This document shows positions 37,775 to 48,639 of a stretch of DNA of 64,000 nt, piece after piece; the stretch's first letter is position 1; each line of letters opens with the position of its first letter. The stretch is from an uncultured delta proteobacterium (lineage in GTDB: Bacteria; Bdellovibrionota_C; UBA2361; OMII01): NCBI GenBank assembly GCA_903920005.1, contig CAIXKI010000158.1, positions 6,134 to 70,133 of the forward strand, written 5' to 3'. Made by a program: the position numbers and the translations under genes. The notes beneath the pieces were generated by a model, which saw only the letters and a list, made by a program, of their open reading frames with translations, searched no databases and was not told the origin of the DNA.

Positions 37775-38791
37775 ATGAAAACTCTTCGCGCGCTGAAACT
37801 CCCCACTCTTATTACCACAACTCTCGTGGCGGTCGGTTGCTCCGGAACCTACAAAAATCAGGTCCACTTTAATCCATCGGAACCGATTCGCATCGCTGTC
37901 CTTCCCTTCGCGCAGGTGGACGACTCTGGTGCGCTTATACAGGCAGACGAGAACTATCTCATCGATAACGTCGCTCTTGTCTCCTCAAAATTAAAGCAAA
38001 CTCCTGCTCAATTCGTTCAGACGCTCGCCCAATCGGAGCTTGCGGAGGCGTCTCTTGATGTCGTAACTCCGGCTATCGTTGAGGCTGCTCTTATTCACAA
38101 TGGTTTTGGCTTGCCCGGAACCAATCCGGTGCAATTGGACCTTCAGAAAGTGTTTGCCGCGGACCCCAAGCAAGTATGTACGAAGCTAGTTTCTTGCGAT
38201 GCTGTGCTGTACGGCAAAGTGACGAACTGGGATCGCAGTTATTATGGAATTGAATCTGTATCATCAGTGGGAGTCGACCTTAAGATAGTTTCCGCGAACA
38301 CTGGCAAGGTACTCTTTGAATCAACCGCAACCGACTCTGATAGCCGCGGGGTAAGTAAGGGGCCGACAGGATTCTCGAATATCGTTATTGAGCCGATTAA
38401 GGGGCTGGACAACGAAATCATAACAACCCTTGCCCGCGATGTGGTCAAACAGTCTATTTCACCTATAAATCGCAAGAGCCGACCTGGATTCCTGAAAACC
38501 GCGCCGCCGTTCATAATTGAGTCTGCTCACAGCGCTCCAAAGGGGGTTTTGGTGAACGGAAAGCTTGTCGTCGCGGTTATGGGAACGCCGGAGATGACCG
38601 GCTCGTTCTCGATCGGGAATGCCATACGAGATGTACCGCTCGTTGAGCGCTCGCCAGGGCACTATATCGGTGAATATCTCCCTGTTTCAGGAGACAATTT
38701 TCAGAGCCAAATTGTGACGGTATCGCTCCAGGACGAGGCCGGACGCAAAACAAATCAGCCTCTCTCAAAAATAGCGGTCTCATATAGATAA
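37775..38791 (+). CDS. Lipoprotein, GNA1162/DUF799-like domain plus C-terminal beta domain
   Basis: Lipobox VAVGC, PIRIAVLPF, DAVLYGKVTNWD...VG..LK.VS..TG.VL. Confidence 0.68.
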   Translation: MKTLRALKLPTLITTTLVAVGCSGTYKNQVHFNPSEPIRIAVLPFAQVDDSGALIQADENYLIDNVALVSSKLKQTPAQFVQTLAQSELAEASLDVVTPAIVEAALIHNGFGLPGTNPVQLDLQKVFAADPKQVCTKLVSCDAVLYGKVTNWDRSYYGIESVSSVGVDLKIVSANTGKVLFESTATDSDSRGVSKGPTGFSNIVIEPIKGLDNEIITTLARDVVKQSISPINRKSRPGFLKTAPPFIIESAHSAPKGVLVNGKLVVAVMGTPEMTGSFSIGNAIRDVPLVERSPGHYIGEYLPVSGDNFQSQIVTVSLQDEAGRKTNQPLSKIAVSYR

Positions 38792-38805
38792 CCCTCCCGG
38801 CACTT

Positions 38806-39387
38806 ATGAAAAAATCAAAAAACAGGCTCTCGATAGCCGCATCTCTTCTCAGCGCAGCCCTCCTCTCTCTTGTAGCCAGTGGTTGCTCGATGTTCAGTAG
38901 CGACTCCCCTCAGCAACACACGAATGAATCGCTCGAAGAGGTTTTAGAAACGTCATTCCCAACCGTCAGCGGGCCTCAAAGCTCACTCGCTGATTTCGGC
39001 GGTAATATCGTCATGCTCCATTTCTTTGCCTCGTGGTGCAGAGATTGCTCAGCGGAGGTTCCATCGCTCAAGAATCTACACTCTAACTTTGACGGAACAA
39101 CTTTTGAGATAGTCGGCGTGGCCGTCGATGATACTCCAGCTGACGCTGAAGCATTCGCGCTCCGACACGAGCTCCCATTTCCTGTACTTATCGATACCAC
39201 TGGAGAGCTCAAAAACTACTTCTCTGTTCGAGATCTCCCAACGACTCTCTTCCTCGACCGGAATGGGACGCCAATCCGTTTTCAAGACCCGAGCACTGGT
39301 CGCATTACCTCAAAACTTGAAGGCTCTCGACGCTGGGATACGGCAAGCCCGGTCTCAATGATCGGTGGACTCATAGAGACACGATAA
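38806..39387 (+). CDS. TlpA/ResA family thiol-disulfide oxidoreductase (lipoprotein)
   Basis: Lipobox VASGC, HFFASWCRDC..E.P and LPTTLFLDRNG. Confidence 0.88.
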   Translation: MKKSKNRLSIAASLLSAALLSLVASGCSMFSSDSPQQHTNESLEEVLETSFPTVSGPQSSLADFGGNIVMLHFFASWCRDCSAEVPSLKNLHSNFDGTTFEIVGVAVDDTPADAEAFALRHELPFPVLIDTTGELKNYFSVRDLPTTLFLDRNGTPIRFQDPSTGRITSKLEGSRRWDTASPVSMIGGLIETR

Positions 39388-39392
39388 CCGCA

Positions 39393-39431
39393 GATATCGC
39401 CGGTCGCGGCAAGCCGGCGAGGCCGCCGGCC
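39393..39431. repeat. GC-rich dispersed repeat, copy 2 (REP-like hairpin)
   Basis: GATATCGCCGGTCGCGGCAAGCCGGCGAGGCCGCCGGCC contains the stem TCGCCGG/CCGGCGA and is an inverted copy of 9392-9434. Confidence 0.7.
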
Positions 39432-39511
39432 CTCCAGGAACGATTGTCGCAGCTTCACGCGAATCGCTTGAATATCGCCGGATCGGTTGGAGGCACGACA
39501 GTCGCTCGCGA

Positions 39512-40744
39512 TTAGTGCGCGATTCGGCGAGATATTCCCTGCGCGATAACATCAAGGAACTGCTCGGTGCTCAAGTAGTGCTCGCGCTTCAGATTGTCAC
39601 CATGAATGCAGAGCGCGAGATCCTTGGTCATATGCCCAGCCTCTACCGCGTCAACGCAGACCTCCTCAAGCGCTGTAGCGAAGCTCATCAGCGCATGATT
39701 CCCGTCGAACTGTCCGCGAAACTTAAGTCCCGTTGTCCATGCGAAGATCGACGCAATAGGATTCGTTGAGGTCTCTTTTCCTTGCTGGTGGAGACGATAG
39801 TGACGAGTCACGGTTCCGTGAGCTGCCTCAGCCTCGATCGTTCTGCCATCTTCCGTCATGAGCACTGAGGTCATAAGACCAAGGGAGCCGAAGCCCTGCG
39901 CAATAGAATCCGACTGAACATCTCCATCGTAGTTCTTGCAGGCCCACAAGAATCCACCCTGCGACTTCATTGCATACGCAACCATGTCATCGATAAGGCG
40001 GTGCTGATACTCAATACCAGCTTTCTTGTATAACTCCGCAAATTCAGCGTCGTATACAGCCTGAAAGATATCCTTAAATCGACCATCATACGCTTTAAGA
40101 ATCGTATTCTTTGTCGAAAGGTATGTTGGAAGCTTCTTCGCTAGTCCGTAGTTCAGGCAGCTTCGAGCAAAGCTGTAGATAGACTCATCGAGGTTGTACA
40201 TCCCCATCGCGACGCCGCTACTCGGGAAGTCAAATACATCATACTCAATCGGAGATCCCCCATCGGATGGAGTGAACTTCATCGTCAGCTTGCCTTTACC
40301 CGGAACTTTAAAGTCCGTCGCCCGATATTGATCACCGAAAGCATGTCGACCAACCACGATCGATTGCGTCCATCCCGGTACGAGGCGAGGAACGTTCTTA
40401 CAGAGGATCGGCTCGCGGAATACCGTTCCGCCAATGATGTTACGGATAGTGCCGTTGGGAGACTTCCACATCTTCTTGAGTTTAAACTCTTTGACGCGAT
40501 CCTCGTCAGGAGTAATCGTCGCGCACTTAATCCCGACGCCAAACTCTTTAATCTCCTCAGAGGATTCTATAGTAACTTGATCGTTCGTGGCGTCGCGGTT
40601 CTCAATCGAGAGATCGAAGTACTTAATGTCGATATCAAGGAATGGAAGGATCAACTTCTCACGGATAATGTGCCAGATGATACGGGTCATCTCATCGCCA
40701 TCAAGCTCGACTACGGGGTGCTCTACGTGGATTTTTACTGTCAT
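39512..40744 (-). CDS. icd: NADP-dependent isocitrate dehydrogenase (eukaryote-like dimeric type)
   Basis: [37 protein letters not shown] and [11 protein letters not shown]. Confidence 0.97.
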   Translation of the reverse strand: MTVKIHVEHPVVELDGDEMTRIIWHIIREKLILPFLDIDIKYFDLSIENRDATNDQVTIESSEEIKEFGVGIKCATITPDEDRVKEFKLKKMWKSPNGTIRNIIGGTVFREPILCKNVPRLVPGWTQSIVVGRHAFGDQYRATDFKVPGKGKLTMKFTPSDGGSPIEYDVFDFPSSGVAMGMYNLDESIYSFARSCLNYGLAKKLPTYLSTKNTILKAYDGRFKDIFQAVYDAEFAELYKKAGIEYQHRLIDDMVAYAMKSQGGFLWACKNYDGDVQSDSIAQGFGSLGLMTSVLMTEDGRTIEAEAAHGTVTRHYRLHQQGKETSTNPIASIFAWTTGLKFRGQFDGNHALMSFATALEEVCVDAVEAGHMTKDLALCIHGDNLKREHYLSTEQFLDVIAQGISRRIAH

Positions 40745-41016
40745 GTTGGCCTCTTAAAATATCGGGATATCAATACCAAGGATACCTCGTTGGCAAAAGA
40801 GCTTCGATGTGGAGAATCCATGGGACGAAATTGGAGGGTTCGGGGCTCCACCTCCCCCCTTACGGCGAGGAGTCCCCTTTCCCACGGGCACACATGCCAC
40901 GGTTTCCAACGTCCGGCGGTCGAGGACACCGGCCCTCCATAGAGCCATCCCGGGGGCCGCCCCCTGCCAATTCCAAACCATGTCCGTCACCGCTTTCGTG
41001 TGGTACCGTACGCCCT

Positions 41017-42420
41017 ATGGACACACTCTGCTGCATCGTTCTCGCCGCTGGCGTAGGAAAGCGTATGGGAGGGGATCTCCCGAAGGCTATCACCCAAACC
41101 CGGGAGAAGGCCCTCATCGACCACCTCTTGGACGCCCTCGCTCCCCTAAAACCTGAAAAAACGATCGTCGTTACAGGCCATAAGCAGGAGCTCTTAAAGC
41201 AACACCTCGCCGACAGCCAGAGCGCGAAGGGTCACGCCATCGAGTACGCCTTTCAAGAACAGCAACGTGGCACAGGAGACGCCGTTAAGAGCGCCCTCTC
41301 TACGCTCGGCTCTTTTAAGGGCACGGTCCTTATTACCTATGCCGACCATCCGCTCTTTACCGGCGAAACATTGAAACTGTTCCTTCAGTACCACTTCCAC
41401 AAAAAAGCCACCCTGACGATGCTCTCTTTCCAGGCTCCGCCACCAAATGGATATGGAAAAGTTCTTCGAGATCCAAAGGGCCAGATCCTACGCATTACAG
41501 AGGCGAAGGACTGCAATCCCGAGGAAGCATTGACCTCTGAGGTGAACTCTGGATTCTACGCGGTCGACTCGGCGTTCCTTAAACCTGCCGTTGAAAGCCT
41601 TACAAACAACAACGCGCAGAGCGAGTACTACCTGACAGATATCGTTGAAAAGGCGGCGAAAGAGGGCCAGACCGTCGCGGCCTTCCCCCTCGCTAACGCG
41701 GAAGAGGCTGCGGGCGTTAACAGCCCGCAGGATCTCGCGCTCGTCAACTCCATCCTCGCGGGACGTCAGATGGATCGCTTAATCAACGGTGGCGTAACTT
41801 TTATCGATCCGAAGAGCTGCTTTATCGACCCAGAGGTGACGATCGGCAAGCACGTCGTCATCGGACCAAATGTGCAGATAAAGGGAAAAACCACTATCGG
41901 TGATAAGGTCACTATCCACGGAACCGCGATTATCGAAGACACTACGATCTCAACCGGAGCAGTTATTAAACTTGGGTGCCAGATCGAAAAGTCCTCAATC
42001 GGAAAAGAAACCACCGTTGGACCATTCGCGCATATCCGGCCGGACTCACGCCTAGGGGATCACGTCAGAATCGGTAACTTTGTCGAAACAAAGAACACCA
42101 CCATGCATGATGGGTCAAAAGCGAACCACCTTACCTACCTCGGGGACTGCACGGTTGGACGGGGAACGAACATCGGCGCCGGAACAATTACGTGCAACTA
42201 TGACGGTTACTCAAAATCAAAAACTACGATAGGAAAAGATGTCTTCATCGGAAGCAACTCAGCGCTCGTGGCTCCTATAACGATCGGTGACGGCGCGCTC
42301 GTCGCCGCTGGATCTGTTATCACCCAGGACGTTCCAGCGGATGCTCTCGGAGTAGGCCGCTCGCGTCAGGATAATAAAGAAGGATATGCCAAGAAGCGCC
42401 GCGAACTGCTTGAGAAATAA
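41017..42420 (+). CDS. glmU: Bifunctional UDP-GlcNAc pyrophosphorylase / glucosamine-1-P acetyltransferase
   Basis: LAAGVGKRM...PK, EYYLTD, GNFVE.K, HLTYLGD, NIGAGTITCNYDG and hexapeptide repeats. Start at ATG 41017. Confidence 0.96.
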   Translation: MDTLCCIVLAAGVGKRMGGDLPKAITQTREKALIDHLLDALAPLKPEKTIVVTGHKQELLKQHLADSQSAKGHAIEYAFQEQQRGTGDAVKSALSTLGSFKGTVLITYADHPLFTGETLKLFLQYHFHKKATLTMLSFQAPPPNGYGKVLRDPKGQILRITEAKDCNPEEALTSEVNSGFYAVDSAFLKPAVESLTNNNAQSEYYLTDIVEKAAKEGQTVAAFPLANAEEAAGVNSPQDLALVNSILAGRQMDRLINGGVTFIDPKSCFIDPEVTIGKHVVIGPNVQIKGKTTIGDKVTIHGTAIIEDTTISTGAVIKLGCQIEKSSIGKETTVGPFAHIRPDSRLGDHVRIGNFVETKNTTMHDGSKANHLTYLGDCTVGRGTNIGAGTITCNYDGYSKSKTTIGKDVFIGSNSALVAPITIGDGALVAAGSVITQDVPADALGVGRSRQDNKEGYAKKRRELLEK

Positions 42421-42500
42421 TCACCCCAACCCTCAGGAAGGTGTCGACGCCTCTCTAGCACGTATAGTTCGTTAAGCCTGCTAGTGCGATCGACGCAGTT

Positions 42501-44405
42501 TTACGCACTATGCGGGCTAGGAAACTCTCCCGCTCGATAGCGCTTAAGGTACATGGCGAGCAGAGAGATCATGCTCGGCGTCATTCCCGGAATACGGGTC
42601 GCTTGACCGATCGAGGCGGGCCTGTGCTTCTTTAACTTCTCGCATGCCTCTGTTCGAAGTTGCTTAATCTGGTCGTACGGAAAATCGGCCGGTATAGATT
42701 CGTTTTCAATCTTCTTTAAATGCCGAACCTCGTCCTCTTGCCTATCGAGGTAGCCACGAAACTTATATTCGATCTCTATCGCGGCGCGAAGATCTGTCGA
42801 GAGTTGTTCCTCATACGGAAAATGTTCAAGAATGTCGTCGAGCGAGAGCTGTGGTCGTTTAATAAGCTGAGAAAGGAACGAGCCATCTTTTAAAGCAGCG
42901 GTGCCCTTATTCGCAAGCCACGCGTTGGTGGACTCCGTCGGTTTCGCGACCGTCGTTGCGAGCCACTTCATCGCCTTGTCATAGGAGGCCTGTCGCGCCT
43001 CGAAGAGAGCCTTTTGACCATCACTCAACATGCCGTACTGAATCGCTACCGGACAGAGCCGGTTAGCGGCGTTGTCTTCACGCAATATCAACCGATACTC
43101 GGCGCGCGAGGTGAACATCCGATACGGCTCATCAACTCCCAGCGTTGTGAGGTCGTCGGTCATTACGCCGATATATCCTTGGCCACGCGTGATACTAAGA
43201 GGTTCTCGTTCAAGAACTTTTAAAGCGGCGTTCGCTCCGGCGATAAGTCCCTGCGCGGCGGCCTCCTCATAGCCACTTGTTCCATTTATCTGGCCTGCCA
43301 TGTAGAGCCCTGAAACACCCTTGGTTTCGTAGGTGGGAAGGAGCTCTCGCGGATCGACAAAGTCATATTCAACAGCATAGCCGGGCGCAAGGAACTCTAC
43401 GTTCTCGAGCCCTTTAATCTTTCGGATAAACTGTTGCTGAATCTCAAACGGAAGAGAGGTCGATATCCCATTCGGATAGACGATATCTGAGGTGAACCCT
43501 TCAGGCTCAAGGAACACCGGATGACTCATCTTATCAGCGAATCGAAAGACCTTGTCCTCAATCGACGGGCAGTAACGTGGGCCGCTCGATTTAATCTGCC
43601 CGTTAAACATCGGGCTGCTTTCTCGATTGCGGCGTATAAGGTCGTGAATCTCTTCGTTCGTTGAAGTCAGCCAACACGATATCTGCGGGCGGTTGATAGC
43701 GGCCGTTGTGAACGAAAACGGCGGAGGCGGATCATCACCGGGCTGCTCTCGCATTCCGGAAAAATCGATCGTCGATTTACGAAGTCGCGGCGGCGTTCCG
43801 GTTTTTAAACGACCTAGCGGAAAACCGAGAGCCCGAAGCGAATCACTTAAATCGTTTGACGCGAGGTCTCCGAGACGTCCCCCCTCCTTCTGAGCGGAGC
43901 CGGTGTGCATAAGACCCTTAAGAAACGTTCCGGTCGTCAGAACAACGCCGCCAGCCTCCACCAAAGACCCATCTTTTAAACGAACACCTGAAACCGCACC
44001 CGCTTCGACCTCAATCGAAGCCGCCTCTCCTTCAAGGATGGTAAGGTTAGGAACTGTCTCAAGGAACCGCTGGATCCACTCCTTATATAAGTCACGATCT
44101 GCTTGGGCCCTGGTTGCCTGAGCGGCGGCCCCTTTGCTGGAGTTCAAAGTCTTAAACTGAATGCCGGTCGCGTCTATCGCTCGACCCATGAGCCCACCGA
44201 GGGCGTCGAGCTCCTTTACGAGGTGCCCCTTACCAACGCCGCCGATCGCTGGGTTGCACGACATCTGCCCGACACCATCTTTGCGCAGGGAGACGAGGGT
44301 GGTGGGAACCCCTAAACGGGCAGCCGCATAGGCCGCTTCTATGCCCGCATGCCCCCCTCCGACCACCACTATTCTTGTACATTTAGAACGTCTCATCAGT
44401 GACAT
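42501..44405 (-). CDS. mnmG: tRNA uridine-5-carboxymethylaminomethyl modification enzyme MnmG/GidA
   Basis: [55 protein letters not shown] and [13 protein letters not shown]. Confidence 0.97.
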   Translation of the reverse strand: MSLMRRSKCTRIVVVGGGHAGIEAAYAAARLGVPTTLVSLRKDGVGQMSCNPAIGGVGKGHLVKELDALGGLMGRAIDATGIQFKTLNSSKGAAAQATRAQADRDLYKEWIQRFLETVPNLTILEGEAASIEVEAGAVSGVRLKDGSLVEAGGVVLTTGTFLKGLMHTGSAQKEGGRLGDLASNDLSDSLRALGFPLGRLKTGTPPRLRKSTIDFSGMREQPGDDPPPPFSFTTAAINRPQISCWLTSTNEEIHDLIRRNRESSPMFNGQIKSSGPRYCPSIEDKVFRFADKMSHPVFLEPEGFTSDIVYPNGISTSLPFEIQQQFIRKIKGLENVEFLAPGYAVEYDFVDPRELLPTYETKGVSGLYMAGQINGTSGYEEAAAQGLIAGANAALKVLEREPLSITRGQGYIGVMTDDLTTLGVDEPYRMFTSRAEYRLILREDNAANRLCPVAIQYGMLSDGQKALFEARQASYDKAMKWLATTVAKPTESTNAWLANKGTAALKDGSFLSQLIKRPQLSLDDILEHFPYEEQLSTDLRAAIEIEYKFRGYLDRQEDEVRHLKKIENESIPADFPYDQIKQLRTEACEKLKKHRPASIGQATRIPGMTPSMISLLAMYLKRYRAGEFPSPHSA

Positions 44406-44613
44406 AGTACCCTATCTAACCCCCCAACTCCACGTTTCAAACATAGCAATTACAGCTAGTTGACGCCCTTTTCCCCAGAAAAAACAACCGGGAGCAAGTT
44501 TGTTTAAGGAACCGATTCGTGGGTACCCTTCATCTGCACAGTGTACCCAGAAAGGTGTTGTGAACACCGACCGACGTACGGTCAGTTGTTTTAAGTACAC
44601 GGCGAGAGCCGCT

Positions 44614-45345
44614 ATGAAACGAGTTGTTAAAAACATACGGTCCAAGCGAATCATCGAAACCATCTGCGTAGCATTGGCGGGCGCCGGTATCGCTTCCTAC
44701 GCTACCCTGGTTTCACTCCTGACTCAAAAGGAGTCCTCTGATGTGGCGCGGATGGCTCAAGTAGCCCTCACAAAGTCATACTCCGACGCTCAGGCTCAAG
44801 TATCCTTCGTTCGTCAGCAACAGACCAAATTTGTCTCTGAGATCATCCGCGTACACAATCCGCGGCACTCAAATGTCGAGCCAACAGCCCGACTGATCGT
44901 TGAGGAGAGCGCAAAAGCGAAGGTCGATCCCCTCTTTGTAGCGGCGGTTATCCGATCCGAAAGCATGTTCAAACCATCCGCGATATCACCGCGCGGCGCG
45001 AAAGGTCTCATGCAGATCATGCCGGCCACCGGGCGCTATGTATCTGAGCGCGAGAATATCACCCTTGGAAAAACAGCCGACCTCCACGACCCAACGACGA
45101 ACCTTCGGGTTGGCATCGCGTATTTAAAGTATCTCGACAGAATGTTTAAGGGAAACCGCGAGCGAATGCTCATCGCCTACAATTGGGGGCCAGCAAACGT
45201 TAAGTTAGCCCTACGCGGAAACGCGCGAACTCCCTCCGAAAGCGTTACCTACGCCAAGAAGATACTAGCGGCCCACCGTGAATGGCGCACCCGATTCTCG
45301 ATGCTTGCGGCAAACGTTCGCTTCGACGACTCAATGCTCGGTTAA
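44614..45345 (+). CDS. Lytic transglycosylase (SLT domain), membrane-anchored
   Basis: N-terminal TM helix, AVIRSES (catalytic Glu), GAKGLMQIMP.T and AYNWGP. Confidence 0.9.
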   Translation: MKRVVKNIRSKRIIETICVALAGAGIASYATLVSLLTQKESSDVARMAQVALTKSYSDAQAQVSFVRQQQTKFVSEIIRVHNPRHSNVEPTARLIVEESAKAKVDPLFVAAVIRSESMFKPSAISPRGAKGLMQIMPATGRYVSERENITLGKTADLHDPTTNLRVGIAYLKYLDRMFKGNRERMLIAYNWGPANVKLALRGNARTPSESVTYAKKILAAHREWRTRFSMLAANVRFDDSMLG

Positions 45346-45351
45346 TATAGC

Positions 45352-46233
45352 TTACGAGCCAACGACCGAAAACGTTCCCCGCTTATTTTGAACTACGAAT
45401 CCCTCTCTCTCTAAATCAACGAGCGCTTTATCAATCCGTTCCGACGGATACGGGAGCCGGGCGAGTATCTGGCCACTTTTCTGAGGTTGCTCTGAGATAC
45501 TTTTAAGCACCGCCGCACGCACCTGCCTCTGAGAACCGATAAACTTAGACGGCTTCACGTAATGCCGACTTCTCTTGTTTACGCCCTTAGAGCTACGCTT
45601 TATCTCCACCCCCAGGTCCATGAGCGCATAGAACCATCGGCGAGCATCCTTCTGATAAAGGGTCTCTTGAACAACCTGCAATATCTCTTTATCACCCACA
45701 ACTCGCCTTCGAGGAAAAAAGACAGAGAGGTATACCGTGCGAATGTTCGTCTCAATCATCGGAGCGGGCGTACCGAACGCGAACGCAGCAACCGCTGCAG
45801 CTGTATACGCGCCGACTCCCGGCAACGCGCGTAACCCTTCTACCGTTTTAGGAAAAACGCCCGAATGCTCCGCGCAAATAGTCTGAGCAGCTTTATGTAG
45901 GTTGAGAGCGCGCCTGTAATATCCAAGCCCCATCCACATCCGCACGACCTCAGCGACGGAGGCTTCGCTTAACGCGCCTACCGTTGGAAACTCGCGCAGG
46001 AATGCCTCGTACTTCGGAACCACACGATCCGTCTGCGTCTGCTGAAGCATGACCTCGCTAACGAGTATTTCATAAGGGTCGCGCGTTTTTCGCCATGGGA
46101 AGTCGCGACCATGGCTCCTAAAGAACTCTAGGACCAGCTTTTGAAAATCAGTGACGCCGGGTCGAGCTCGCTTCGAAAGCATCGCTATCTCAGCGTGAAT
46201 ATCAGAAGAGGATTGAGCGCGTTTCATGGGCAT
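45352..46233 (-). CDS. mutY: A/G-specific adenine glycosylase, MutY family, lacking the [4Fe-4S] motif
   Basis: R.FPWR, PYEILVSEVMLQQTQ, W.GLGYYRRA, HhH LPGVGAYTA and ALMDLG. The protein has only one Cys. Confidence 0.85.
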   Translation of the reverse strand: MPMKRAQSSSDIHAEIAMLSKRARPGVTDFQKLVLEFFRSHGRDFPWRKTRDPYEILVSEVMLQQTQTDRVVPKYEAFLREFPTVGALSEASVAEVVRMWMGLGYYRRALNLHKAAQTICAEHSGVFPKTVEGLRALPGVGAYTAAAVAAFAFGTPAPMIETNIRTVYLSVFFPRRRVVGDKEILQVVQETLYQKDARRWFYALMDLGVEIKRSSKGVNKRSRHYVKPSKFIGSQRQVRAAVLKSISEQPQKSGQILARLPYPSERIDKALVDLEREGFVVQNKRGTFSVVGS

Positions 46234-46330
46234 ATCGTAGCCGGGGACAAGGATTTTTTAAACCTATCGACAGGTATGGCCCGCCCGCGCCGGCTATCTT
46301 AGCCGTCCATCTTTGAGGTAGTATTGCGAC

Positions 46331-47035
46331 ATGAGCGACCTCCGCTTTCTCTACAACGATGGTGAACTTTTTGCGATATACAAGGCGCCAGGACTTCACT
46401 CCGTACGGCTTCCAAAAGGTGGGGGCCACTCTCTTGCCGATGCCCTACTCGCTCATTCGCCACACCTAAAAGACGTGAGCAAACATCCTGGAGACGCTGG
46501 ACTCGTTAATCGCCTCGACGAAGATACGAGTGGTATTCTCCTGGGCGCTTGGAGTCGTCCCGTATGGGAACAGCTCTTTGTTCAACTGCTCTCAGGTAGT
46601 GTCATAAAAAAGTATAAAGCGCTCGTTGAGGGACATCTATCGACCCCTCAAAGTATCAAGACGTTTATAGGAACGCCCCATCGCGGAGCTCGAAAGATGA
46701 AGGTCTACGAACAAGAGCCTCCCGCATGGGCGCGCGCCCTTGAGGGCACAACGGTCTTTCTAGACTCGCGCTTCTTAGAAACTCTCAAAGCGACGCTGGT
46801 AACCGTATCGGCATCTCCCGCTCGTCGGCATCAGATTCGCCTCCACAGCTCGCACATCGGACGCCCGCTTGTTGGAGACGTGCTCTACGGCTCGACGAGA
46901 GAACTCCCGTCGCCCATACCTCACAACCGTTCCTTTCTTTTACATGCCGAGGAGGTTTCCTTCTCTCATCCTTCAACGGGACAGGAGATCCTCATTACCT
47001 GTCCGATAGAAGACGAGCTTGCGCTCCCTCAATAG
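46331..47035 (+). CDS. RluA family RNA pseudouridine synthase
   Basis: NRLDEDTSGILL, RRHQIRLH, P.VGD.LYG and LLHA. Confidence 0.9.
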   Translation: MSDLRFLYNDGELFAIYKAPGLHSVRLPKGGGHSLADALLAHSPHLKDVSKHPGDAGLVNRLDEDTSGILLGAWSRPVWEQLFVQLLSGSVIKKYKALVEGHLSTPQSIKTFIGTPHRGARKMKVYEQEPPAWARALEGTTVFLDSRFLETLKATLVTVSASPARRHQIRLHSSHIGRPLVGDVLYGSTRELPSPIPHNRSFLLHAEEVSFSHPSTGQEILITCPIEDELALPQ

Positions 47036-48599
47036 CGCTCTTTTTTCTATTTGAGCGACACCACTGTCGCGCATCACTTTTGCTGCCATTTGATAAAAGG
47101 GGCACGGCGAGAAAAGTTCCCCCGCGCTCATGAATCACCTCTATCGTCACCCCTTTCTTATCTACGCGCTCGATAAAAACCTCCCCCTCCGGAGCGGTGC
47201 GATGTTCAGGGTCTGCTTCGAGGAGAGCGAGCGCGCCATCGACACAATCTGCCGTAAAGGTGCGTTCAACAAATCCTATATCGATCCCCTCGGTCTGAAA
47301 TTGCTCTTGAGCAAGGAGCCACGCGTGGAAAGGTATAGTTGTGGGAACCCCTTCTACTGAATAGCCCTTCAAAAACTGGTGCGTCTTATAAAGGGCCTCA
47401 GCCCTGTCTTTTCCGTGAACGATAACTTTACTTAATAATGAATCGTAAAATGGCGGGATGCTATCGCCTTCTCGGTATCCACACTCTTCTCTCACCTGAA
47501 TGGGAGACTCTCTCCTCCACGATTCTAGTAAGCCAAGCGCCGGTCTAAAGTTCTCTCGAACATCTTCCGCATTGATACGCAGCTCTATCGCATGGCCTGA
47601 GAATACAATCTCCGACTGGGTCATCGGGAGCAGTTCTCCCATGGCGATACGAATTTGCAGTTGCACGAGATCTATTCCGGTTATCATCTCAGTCACTGGA
47701 TGCTCAACCTGTATGCGGGTGTTAATCTCAAGGAAGTAAAACTCCCTACCCGCCACCAGAAACTCCGCGGTGCCCGCGTTATAATATCCAACACTTTTGG
47801 CGGCTCTCACCGCTGCTTCGTGAATCATCTCTCGCACATCGAGATCAAGAAACGGAGCCGGTCCCTCCTCAAGAAGCTTTTGATGTCGTCGTTGCGCGGA
47901 GCAATCTCTCGTACCGAAGTGCACAACGTTTCCATGCGTATCACCGAAAAGCTGCACCTCTACATGGCGCGGGCCCTCAATGAACTTTTCGCAGTACACC
48001 TCTAGACTGCCAAAATTCTTAAGGGCCTCCGCTCGAGCTCTCTCAAGAGCCTCCTGCATCTCGTGCGAGGCCCTAACGATCCTCATGCCGCGACCGCCAC
48101 CACCTGCCGCGGCCTTAATGATAACCGGAAAGCCTATTCGTTCGGCGGCAAGGCCGATCTCATCATCGGACGAGGCGCCCTCGCTCCCGGGCGTTATTGG
48201 CACGCCGGCCGCCGCTACAGCTTTTCGAGCGTTCGTTTTAATCCCAAGTGCTCGAATACTCTCCGGAGATGGACCAACAAAAATCAGCCCTGCATCAATG
48301 ACTTGTTGGGCAAAATCGGCGTCTTCCGAGAGGAATCCGTACCCTGGGTGAACAGCCTGACACCCCGTACCCAACGCGGCTTGGATTATCTTCTGCTTAT
48401 TCAGATACGATTCGGCGGCTGTCGAGCCGCCTATCTCCACAACCTCAGAGCTCTCGGTTGACGCGAGCGACCCCTTATCGGCATCGGAGACCGCCAGGAC
48501 CGTCTCAATACCCATAGAACGGCATGCTCGCATGATCCGGAGGGCAATCTCTCCCCGGTTGGCTATCAGTAATTTTTGTATCCTGCTCTGGTGATTCAT
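46995..48599 (-). CDS. Biotin carboxylase (acetyl/propionyl-CoA carboxylase subunit) with C-terminal extension
   Basis: KLLIANRGEIA, HPGYGFLSE, GGGGRGMR, RDCSAQRRHQK and EINTRIQVEHPVTE. No biotinyl domain. Confidence 0.92.
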   Translation of the reverse strand: MNHQSRIQKLLIANRGEIALRIMRACRSMGIETVLAVSDADKGSLASTESSEVVEIGGSTAAESYLNKQKIIQAALGTGCQAVHPGYGFLSEDADFAQQVIDAGLIFVGPSPESIRALGIKTNARKAVAAAGVPITPGSEGASSDDEIGLAAERIGFPVIIKAAAGGGGRGMRIVRASHEMQEALERARAEALKNFGSLEVYCEKFIEGPRHVEVQLFGDTHGNVVHFGTRDCSAQRRHQKLLEEGPAPFLDLDVREMIHEAAVRAAKSVGYYNAGTAEFLVAGREFYFLEINTRIQVEHPVTEMITGIDLVQLQIRIAMGELLPMTQSEIVFSGHAIELRINAEDVRENFRPALGLLESWRRESPIQVREECGYREGDSIPPFYDSLLSKVIVHGKDRAEALYKTHQFLKGYSVEGVPTTIPFHAWLLAQEQFQTEGIDIGFVERTFTADCVDGALALLEADPEHRTAPEGEVFIERVDKKGVTIEVIHERGGTFLAVPLLSNGSKSDARQWCRSNRKKSAIEGAQARLLSDR

Positions 48600-48639
48600 A
48601 CAAAAAATTCTATACTACGCTCGTTATAATGGAGTTGAT

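Noticed and set aside
40328..40942. 204-aa + strand ORF
   Set aside because: It is antisense to icd and has no recognisable features.
40807..41016. 70-aa N-terminal extension of glmU
   Set aside because: It is Pro-rich, non-homologous sequence in the divergent promoter region. GlmU motifs start right after ATG 41017.
44425..44445. parS-like sequence upstream of mnmG (TCCACGTTTCAAACA)
   Set aside because: It does not form the 16-bp TGTTTCACGTGAAACA palindrome, and there is no parAB in the window.
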